Part shown: positions 28,494 to 35,962 of the stretch, piece by piece
How positions within the stretch are numbered: position 1 is the stretch's first letter
How the letters are laid out: every line of letters starts with the position of its first letter
Origin: Flavobacteriales bacterium
GTDB taxonomy: Bacteria; Bacteroidota; Bacteroidia; Flavobacteriales_F; PHOS-HE28
DNA: 64,000 nucleotides
Reading direction: 5' to 3'
Assembly (NCBI GenBank): GCA_013360395.1
Contig: JABWBQ010000003.1
Coordinates: forward strand, 18,011-82,010
The notes under the pieces: generated by a model
What the model was told of the DNA's origin: nothing
The model's database searches: none
The model's input: the letters and a program-made list of their open reading frames with translations, nothing else
Translations under genes and position numbers: made by a program

Positions 28494-31307
28494 ATGAGGA
28501 CCTATAGACCCCTATTCACCATCTGCGCTCTTGCGATCGCATCCGTGGTGGTTTCCCAGAACTTCACCATCGATCCGGCATTCTGGCATTTGGACGATGG
28601 ACTGGGGTATTGCGTGATGGAGGACACGGTGGCTGACCGGATCCTGGTGGGTGGTGAGTTCGAGCGGGTGATGCCACCAACCCCGATACCGTACGGAGTG
28701 GAGTTGAATGCGACGAGCGGGCTGGCGACAGAGGGCTACCCCATTGCGGACAGCACGGTCCGGTGCGTGATACCGGATGGCACTGGTGGATGGATCATCG
28801 GCGGCGCCTTCACCCAAGTGGGTGGACAGCCGCGACAACATCTGGCGCACATCCTGGCCGATGGCAGCTTGGCATCGTGGAGCCCAGCGGTGAATGGACT
28901 TGTGCTTTCGCTCGCGCTGAAAGGAGACACGGTCTATCTGGGAGGCCTGTTCTCTAACGTGAACTCGGCAGCACGCAGCAATCTCGCGGCCGTACGACTT
29001 TCCACCGGTGCCAACGTGACCTGGGCCGCCGGTACGGCGAATGGCATTGTGCGCTGCATGTCACTGAGCACGGGAAGGCTCTTTGTGGGAGGGGATTTCA
29101 CGACAGTGAACGGGACCTCAAGGCCGCGCGGCGCATCGTTCACGTTGAACAACCACGCACTCACCAACTGGACGCCGAATGCGAATGGTAGTGTGTACTG
29201 CATTGCGGCCACCTCGACCGTGGTGTACATAGGGGGTGCCTTCACCTTGGTGAACACGTTGATGGTGCGCAATCGACTTGCGGCCTTCCCACCAACCTCC
29301 AACACCCCGACAGCTTGGAACCCGAACGCGAACGGTACCGTTCGCGCGATCGCCTTATCGGGAACCGACGTCTTCTTCGGCGGCGACTTCAGCCAGGTGT
29401 CCTTGACAGCGCGCAACCACATCGCACTGGTGAACGCCAGCGGGGTTCTTCAGAGTTGGAGCCGTGACCTGGATGGTGACGTCCATTGCCTGACCGTGGC
29501 GAACAATGTGCTCTACACGGGCGGCGATCTCACCTTGGTGGATGGCAAGGGACGGCAACGGCTGGTGGCCTTCGGCGTGCCCGGTTCGGGGCTCCCCACC
29601 ATCACGGACTGGTCACCCGCCACTGAGAACACCGTGATGAGCATCGCTGCGCAAGGAGGGGCGCTGTTCGTGGGCGGCGTGTTCCAGCGAGGTGGCGGGT
29701 TGTCGCGTCGCAACATCGTGGCGTTCGATCCCGCCACCGGTTCGCCTACCGCGTGGGCTCCGCAAGCGAACAATGCGGTGTTCGCGCTTGAGCGTGCTGG
29801 AACCGGTGCCGTGTTCGCCGGAGGCGACTTCAGCCAGCTCGGTGGGGCCGCCCGCACCGGTCTTGCGGCCATTGATCCCGTGAGCGGTGAGGTGCTGCCT
29901 TGGTCCGTTCCCCCGGATACGATCCATGTGACCGACCTGGCCGTGCAAGGTGATACCCTGTTCGTGTGCGGGGCTTTCCGGAACATGGGCGGACAGGCGC
30001 GAGAGCATCTGGCTGCGGTCTCGATCAGCGCAGCGGTCACCCTTCCATGGAACGTAGCTCTGGGTGCTGTGGATAAGCCCACGGACCTGCTTGTGGAGAA
30101 CGACACGCTCTACCTCTGCGGGGCGCTCTCCTCCGTTGGGGGCCAGCCGCGCAACGGTGTTGGGTCCATCAAGGTGTCCACATCCACTGTGCTCGGCCTT
30201 TCGGCGGGGTTCCTTCCGGCGGACTGGTCCGTGTCGCAATTGGCCAAGGCCGCCGGAAAGCTGTTCATCAGTGGTGTGACGGACGAATTCGGCGTCGGGA
30301 CGAACGCCTATGTCTTGGATGCCGTCTCCGGAGCGGTCGCGGCGTATTCCATCAGCGGCTACCAATGCGTTGCGGCATATCAGGACCGGTTCTATGCGGG
30401 TTATGCCGGGCCAGTGGTGCTCGATGCGCGGACGGGGATCGAACTTGCCAAAAAGTACGTCCCCGACTTTTTCGCTTTGGACCTGATCAGGGCGCGGAAC
30501 GGGGATCTGTTCGCCGTGGGGTACTACTTCGGCACAACAGACAAGGTGGTGCACCTGCATGCCGATCCCGGAAATGCCATCCGCGTGATGCTGGATGGTC
30601 CGTTCGTGGCCGGATCCATGTCGAACCCGTTGCGTGATCAGGCGCTGATCCCGCTGACCGAACCGTACACGGCATTGGGCTATGTGCACAGCGGCGGTGG
30701 CGGCGGTGAGGTCGCTCCGGCCAATATCCACACAGTGTCATTGGGGGGTGCAGGGACGGAAGTGGTGGATTGGGTGCTGGTGGAATACCGCGACCCACTG
30801 GATGCCGCGAACATTGTCGCTTCGTTCAGCTGTCTGCTATTGGAGAACGGGACCGTTCGAACAAGCGATTGGGGTCAATTGCCCACGTTCGTTCCGGATC
30901 CCAACGGGTCATACTTCGTGGCCGTGCGCCACCGGAATCACCTCGGCGTGATGACCGCGCAGCCGGTGGACTTCTCCACCAGCCCGTTCATCGACTTCAC
31001 CTGGCCAGCTACTCCCGTTTTCGGGAACAACGCGCGCAAGACCAACAGCGGAACAGGCGTGCTGTGGAGCGGCGATGTGAACTTCGATGGCACCATCAAG
31101 TACACGGGAGCGAACAATGATCGCGATCCGGTGCTGGTGCGCGTTGGTGGTACCGTACCGACCAATACGGCGGCCGGCTATTTCAGCGAGGACGTGAACA
31201 TGGACGGCCTGGTGAAATACACAGGTTTCAAGAACGACCGCGACCCGACCCTGGTGAACGTTGGAGGTATTGTGCCAACGAACGTCCGGGAGGAGCAATT
31301 GCCCTGA
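28494..31307 (+). CDS. large secreted repeat protein (predicted beta-propeller repeats plus a C-terminal module with two dockerin/EF-hand-like Ca-binding loops), 937 aa
   Basis: Signal peptide MRTYRPLFTICALAIASVVVSQ. About 11 units of GG.F..V.G..R..LAA....G....W.P..NG.V. The C-terminus has VDWVLVEYRD...AVRHRNHLGVM and the duplicated DVNFDGTIKYTGANNDRDPVLVRVGG / DVNMDGLVKYTGFKNDRDPTLVNVGG. Confidence 0.8.
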   Translation: MRTYRPLFTICALAIASVVVSQNFTIDPAFWHLDDGLGYCVMEDTVADRILVGGEFERVMPPTPIPYGVELNATSGLATEGYPIADSTVRCVIPDGTGGWIIGGAFTQVGGQPRQHLAHILADGSLASWSPAVNGLVLSLALKGDTVYLGGLFSNVNSAARSNLAAVRLSTGANVTWAAGTANGIVRCMSLSTGRLFVGGDFTTVNGTSRPRGASFTLNNHALTNWTPNANGSVYCIAATSTVVYIGGAFTLVNTLMVRNRLAAFPPTSNTPTAWNPNANGTVRAIALSGTDVFFGGDFSQVSLTARNHIALVNASGVLQSWSRDLDGDVHCLTVANNVLYTGGDLTLVDGKGRQRLVAFGVPGSGLPTITDWSPATENTVMSIAAQGGALFVGGVFQRGGGLSRRNIVAFDPATGSPTAWAPQANNAVFALERAGTGAVFAGGDFSQLGGAARTGLAAIDPVSGEVLPWSVPPDTIHVTDLAVQGDTLFVCGAFRNMGGQAREHLAAVSISAAVTLPWNVALGAVDKPTDLLVENDTLYLCGALSSVGGQPRNGVGSIKVSTSTVLGLSAGFLPADWSVSQLAKAAGKLFISGVTDEFGVGTNAYVLDAVSGAVAAYSISGYQCVAAYQDRFYAGYAGPVVLDARTGIELAKKYVPDFFALDLIRARNGDLFAVGYYFGTTDKVVHLHADPGNAIRVMLDGPFVAGSMSNPLRDQALIPLTEPYTALGYVHSGGGGGEVAPANIHTVSLGGAGTEVVDWVLVEYRDPLDAANIVASFSCLLLENGTVRTSDWGQLPTFVPDPNGSYFVAVRHRNHLGVMTAQPVDFSTSPFIDFTWPATPVFGNNARKTNSGTGVLWSGDVNFDGTIKYTGANNDRDPVLVRVGGTVPTNTAAGYFSEDVNMDGLVKYTGFKNDRDPTLVNVGGIVPTNVREEQLP

Positions 31308-31372
31308 TGCGGAACAAGCACCAGCCCGGAAAGGATCTTGTGCTGGTGGCAAGGGTTCAGGTGTTTTGCTTC

Positions 31373-32463
31373 ATGATGCGCGCACCAATCCCCATCCTGC
31401 TGCTCAGTTCCGTGGTGTTCACCACCACAACACGGCCATCGGATACAACGCGGCACGTTTGAACATCACGGGAGCGCATAACGTGGCCGTCGGTTCCGGG
31501 GCCCTGTATACCAACTCGAACGGATCCTCCAACGTGGCCATCGGACGCATGGCCTTGCGAATGAACAACGACCGAAGCAACATTGTGGCCGTTGGTGACA
31601 GCGCCTTGTTCAACAACAGTATCGGGGCGGTATACGACCCCGTGGACGGCATCGTCGAGGGCTTCTCCAATACGGCCGTTGGCAGCAAGGCCCTTTATGC
31701 CAACACGCGAGGCACGGGGAACACCGCGCTGGGGTTCCGGGCCTTGTACAATGTGGTGAACGGTGACCGCTGTACCGGCATCGGTGAATTCGCGCTGGGC
31801 AACACCACCGGTGATGGTAACACGGGTGTAGGGGCCGGCAGCCTATCCACCAACACTTCCGGTACGAACAACACGGCAGTAGGCTACCAAGCGGGCCCCA
31901 ATGCCGCAACACGCACCAACACGACCGCGCTGGGCTATCAAGCGAGCGCAACGTCCAGCGATCAGGTGCGCCTCGGCAACTCGGCCGTCACGACCATAGT
32001 GGGTGCGGTCGCCTTTACTTCGACCAGCGACGCGCGCTACAAGCGCAACATCGAGGAGAACGTGCACGGCCTTGACTTCATCATGAAACTCCGCCCGGTC
32101 ACCTACAATTTCGACGTCCACAAGATGGCCGCCTTCCTGAACGAGGACATGGGCATGGATGCGCAAGGGAACCGTGTATACCGTGCGCCTACCCCGGAAA
32201 TGGTGGCTGCGCGGGAACAGAAGGAGGCCATCCGTTACACCGGCTTATTGGCACAGGAGGTGGAGGCCGCAGCGAAGCGGGTCGGCTATGATTTCAGCGC
32301 CGTGACCGTTCCCGAGGATGAGGACGGCATGTACGGTCTGGCCTATTCCGAATTCGTGGTGCCCTTGGTGAAGGCCGTGCAGGAGCAGCAGGCGCAGATC
32401 GAGCAGCAGCAACAGTTGATCGAGCAACTGCGCAAGGAGGTGGAGGCCTTGAAGCAGCGCTGA
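31373..32463 (+). pseudogene. tail-fibre-like protein with an S74 chaperone domain (F3), apparently frameshifted between signal peptide and body
   Basis: The body (frame of 31261) reads NTAIGYNAARLNITGAHNVAVG ... [54 protein letters not shown], but it has no in-frame ATG before 31547. A signal-peptide-like MMRAPIPILLLSSVVFTTT starts at 31373 in another frame and stops at 31460-31462. Confidence 0.55.
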
Positions 32464-32500
32464 CGGCATACGGGGCTCAACCGCAAGGACGCGTACATCA

Positions 32501-32527
32501 GCGGGCCGGGATCCACTCCCGGCCCGC
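32501..32527 (+). terminator. intrinsic-terminator-like hairpin after F3
   Basis: Perfect 10-bp stem GCGGGCCGGG / CCCGGCCCGC with the 7-nt loop atccact, 38 nt after the stop at 32463. It is followed by cgtgtgTTTacgg, a weak U-tract. Confidence 0.5.
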
Positions 32528-32671
32528 CGTGTGTTTACGGTAACCGCTTTGCGTGTCGCCTGAAAACCACGCCGATCCCGATCCTTTGCGGCCCGATCAG
32601 CGACCAGGCCCCGGCTGCTCATCCCATTGTCTGATCTTCTGATCGCCTAATTTTCTGATCGCCAGATCGCC

Positions 32672-32761
32672 ATGCACTCCATCCAGCAAGTCCTCTCCGA
32701 TGCATCGCTCACCGGCACCACCCTCACCGTGGCCGGCTGGGTGCGCACCCTGTGCTACTAA
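32672..32761 (+). pseudogene. orphan 5' fragment of an asparaginyl-tRNA synthetase gene (29 codons then TAA)
   Basis: Translates to MHSIQQVLSDASLTGTTLTVAGWVRTLCY*, compared with the intact AsnS N-terminus MDLTSIKSVLDETPTNTTVTVAGWVRTFRN at 38429. It shares an exact 21-nt block, GTGGCCGGCTGGGTGCGCACC (32729-32749 = 38489-38509). Confidence 0.6.
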
Positions 32762-32811
32762 AGTGGAATTGCACGGCCGCTGCTTCCTTGGCACTTTCGT
32801 AGTTCGGAAAC

Positions 32812-35211
32812 ATGCCCATGCAGCGTAGTCGGCATCTCATCCGCCAGCCCACTGTTGCGCTGTTGGCTGCATTGATCTGCACGCTTGCATGGGCCAGCGG
32901 CTGCTCGCATGAGGCGGGACCCGGAGGGCTCGAATGGAGCCCGACGGCCGATAGCCTGCTGAACGATACGACCACCCGTTCGGTGTTGCTCGATTCCCTG
33001 CGCCAGCGCTTCCGTGACGCCGACGCGGACACGGCGGCGCTGGACGCCGCGATCGAATACGGTGCCGAGTTGCGCACATCGCCCGGCGATCGACTGGTCG
33101 CTGAAGTGCGCGACCACAGCCGGGTCTTGACCTATCCATGGGGCGAGGCCGAAGCCGAGTACCGCGCAGCCCGCAGCGCCATCCGGCACCATCGCCTCGC
33201 AACGGCGGACAGTCTGCTCCGCCTCACCGAAGAGCTCGCTGCCGGCCGGCAGGGACGCCGATGGGACGTTATGCGGATCAAGACGGTCTTCTCCCGGGCC
33301 GACCTGCAGCGCTTCGCCCGCCAAGCCGATTCCGCGATGCTCGGCTTCCGCAAAGCACTCGCCATGGCCACGCGTGTCGAGGATGCCTTCTGGATGGCAT
33401 CCGGGGAAGCAGCCCTGGGTGCGTCGTTCCTCATGGACATGAAGTTCGATTCGGCCCGCGTGCATTGCGAGCGATGCGTGGCCATGGCCCAGCAGGCACG
33501 CGACCTGGACCGTGAGACCTCGTGCCACAACTTTCTCGGTGAGATGTACCGCCTACAGGAACGATATGACGATGCCTTGTTCCACCAGCAACGCGCTTTG
33601 GAGCTCACCGTACGCACGGGCGACCGGAGCCGTGAGGCGGAGATCCAATACTCCCTTGCAGGCATCCATCAACAGAAGGATGATCTTGCCCGGGCGCTGG
33701 ACTGTTACCAGCGCGCGATCCACCTGGGCCGCATCATGGGAATGCCGCAAGTGGTCGCGCTCAGCGAAATGTACACCGGCGACATCCACCATGGATTCGC
33801 GGAGTACGATACCGCGTTGACGCGCTACCGCTCAGCACGCAGCTCCGCCCGTGCTTCCAGCATGGCGTACGCGGAAGGCCTCTGCCTCATCCACTCGGCA
33901 CGCACGCTTGTCGAGTTGGGCCGGGCGAATGAAGGGTTGACGGATGCGCGCGCGGCGTTCGCCATCGGTGATTCGATGGACAACGATGAACTGCGGCGCA
34001 ATGCACACAATTGCATCGGCGAGATGCTCGTCGCGGTGGACAGGATCGAGGAGGCCGTGATCCATTTCGACAGCGCCTTGTCCATCGGCGAACGCACCGG
34101 CACGGCGGACGAGCGCTTCTACGCGCAGCAGATGGGCGGTATCGCCAGGCTTCAGGGGCGGCACACCGATGCGCAACGGCACGGGGAGGAAGCGCTGCGC
34201 CTGTGCCGCATGAACGATGCGGGACCATTGGAGTTCGCACAAGCCGCCGAACTGCTCTACCGCAGTTACAAGGAGCTGGGCGATGGCAACAAGGCCGCTG
34301 CCATGCTCGAACTGAAGGTGGCCATGCTGGACAGCGTGTACAACGCCCGGCAGCTGCGCAAGGTGAGCAGCCTTGAGCTGAAGGCCCAGAGCGAACGCCT
34401 GCTGGCCGAGCGCGAACGCGAGCGAGCGCGGCAGGATCTCACCATCGCCGAAGAGCGCAACCGCCGTGTCATGGTCACCATCATCGGCGCCGGAGTGCTG
34501 CTGCTGGCCATCGCTTTGTGGTCGCGTTTGCGCTATGTGCGCCGCACGCGCGACACCATCCTGCGCACGCAGCAGCACCTGCTGGAGAGCGAGAAACGCC
34601 GGGAGGCCTCCGAGGTGCGCACGCGCATCGCCCGCGACGTGCATGATGAACTGGGCAGCGAGATCACGCGCATCACCCTGCTCGTGGGAGAGAGCCGCCG
34701 GGCGCAGACCGACGAGAGCGGCAAGGCGCGCATGGAGGAGATCGCGACGCTCACACGCGAGGTGGGCTCATCGCTCAGCGACATCGTTTGGGCCGTGGAC
34801 CCCCGGTTCGATAGCGCCTCGGCCCTGGTGGCCCACGCCGGGCACTTCGCCGAACGCATGCTCGCCAATATCGCACTGAAGAGCGAGCGCCGGTTCCAGC
34901 ACACGGGCGCGGACCGCGTGATCGATCCCGCCACCAAACGCAACCTCTTCCTGGTGCTGAAGGAAGCTTTGAACAACGCGCTCAAGTACGCCCGTGCCAA
35001 GCAACTGACCGTGGTGCTGGAAACCGATGAACACGGCTACCGTATGCTGGTAGAGGACGATGGCATCGGCTTCGAACCTCCGCAGGTGCGGGCCGGTGGC
35101 AATGGCCTGGCGAACATGCAGGTGCGCAGCGCGCAGCTCGGCGCGGAACTGCGCATCACCGCTTCGCCCGGCCAGGGTTGCACGGTGGAACTGCACGGAT
35201 CGTGGAAATGA
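32812..35211 (+). CDS. TPR-repeat sensor histidine kinase, HK3
   Basis: Lipoprotein-like N-terminus (ALICTLAWASGCS), TPR-like ectodomain, TM helix (VTIIGAGVLLLAIALW), RIARDVHDELGSEITRI, LKEALNNALKYARA...DDGIGF...GNGLANMQVRSAQLGA. Confidence 0.9.
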   Translation: MPMQRSRHLIRQPTVALLAALICTLAWASGCSHEAGPGGLEWSPTADSLLNDTTTRSVLLDSLRQRFRDADADTAALDAAIEYGAELRTSPGDRLVAEVRDHSRVLTYPWGEAEAEYRAARSAIRHHRLATADSLLRLTEELAAGRQGRRWDVMRIKTVFSRADLQRFARQADSAMLGFRKALAMATRVEDAFWMASGEAALGASFLMDMKFDSARVHCERCVAMAQQARDLDRETSCHNFLGEMYRLQERYDDALFHQQRALELTVRTGDRSREAEIQYSLAGIHQQKDDLARALDCYQRAIHLGRIMGMPQVVALSEMYTGDIHHGFAEYDTALTRYRSARSSARASSMAYAEGLCLIHSARTLVELGRANEGLTDARAAFAIGDSMDNDELRRNAHNCIGEMLVAVDRIEEAVIHFDSALSIGERTGTADERFYAQQMGGIARLQGRHTDAQRHGEEALRLCRMNDAGPLEFAQAAELLYRSYKELGDGNKAAAMLELKVAMLDSVYNARQLRKVSSLELKAQSERLLAERERERARQDLTIAEERNRRVMVTIIGAGVLLLAIALWSRLRYVRRTRDTILRTQQHLLESEKRREASEVRTRIARDVHDELGSEITRITLLVGESRRAQTDESGKARMEEIATLTREVGSSLSDIVWAVDPRFDSASALVAHAGHFAERMLANIALKSERRFQHTGADRVIDPATKRNLFLVLKEALNNALKYARAKQLTVVLETDEHGYRMLVEDDGIGFEPPQVRAGGNGLANMQVRSAQLGAELRITASPGQGCTVELHGSWK

Positions 35212-35240
35212 AACGCCGGCCGTTACGCTATTTTCAACCC

Positions 35241-35879
35241 ATGGGCACGCATCGCATCCGGATCGCCTTGGTGGAAGACAACAAAGACATCGCCCGTTCC
35301 ATCAAGAACATCCTGGATGCGGAGCCCGACATGAGCGTGGACCACCTGTTCGCCAATGCAGAGGAATTCATCGCCGCGTTCATGAGGACCGAGGCGGATG
35401 TGGTGCTCATGGACATCAACCTTCCAGGGAAGAACGGCATCGATGCGATCCGCGAGACCAAGCCACTGAAGAGCTTCGTCCAGTTCATGGTGCTCACCGT
35501 GTACGAAAGCCCGGCCTACGTTTTCGAGGCCTTGTGCGCCGGTGCCACGGGCTATCTGGTGAAAGGTCACGCATCCGAACTGCTGGCTGAGGCCGTGCGC
35601 GACCTGCACGCGGGCGGGTCGCCCATGAGCAGCGCCATAGCGCGCTTGGTCGTGGGATCTTTCCAGAAGGAGTCCCTGCAGCGCATCGCCGATGACCAGC
35701 TCACCGAGCGCGAACGCAGCGTGCTGGACCAGCTCGCCACCGGGCTGCTCTACAAGGAGATCGCCGCCAAATGGGACATCAGCACCGAGACCGTCCGCAA
35801 ACACGCACGCAACATCTACGCAAAGCTGCATGTGCGTTCGCGGATCGAGGCCATCCGGAAGGTGTATCCCGATCGCTGA
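35241..35879 (+). CDS. LuxR/NarL-family response regulator, RR2 (close paralog of RR1)
   Basis: IALVEDNKDIARSI...VVLMDINLPGKNGID...FEALCAGATGYLVK...GGSPMSSAIARLVVGSFQKE...LTERERSVLDQLATGLLYKEIAAKWDISTETVRKHARNIYAKLHV. Long identical stretches are shared with RR1. Confidence 0.9.
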   Translation: MGTHRIRIALVEDNKDIARSIKNILDAEPDMSVDHLFANAEEFIAAFMRTEADVVLMDINLPGKNGIDAIRETKPLKSFVQFMVLTVYESPAYVFEALCAGATGYLVKGHASELLAEAVRDLHAGGSPMSSAIARLVVGSFQKESLQRIADDQLTERERSVLDQLATGLLYKEIAAKWDISTETVRKHARNIYAKLHVRSRIEAIRKVYPDR

Positions 35880-35962
35880 GGGCATCCCCTACTACTTTTA
35901 GAGCATTGCGGGGGCCGCGCGCGCGACATTGCTTTGTTCTGTCGGACTATCCGGCACACCCG

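Noticed and set aside
26354-28495. The HK2 start at 28495 as given in the ORF track.
   Set aside because: The extra 44 residues lack a signal peptide and would cover palindrome sites 4 and 5 and overlap the divergent gene start. The ATG at 28363 gives a proper signal peptide and the same promoter geometry as HK1 and F1.
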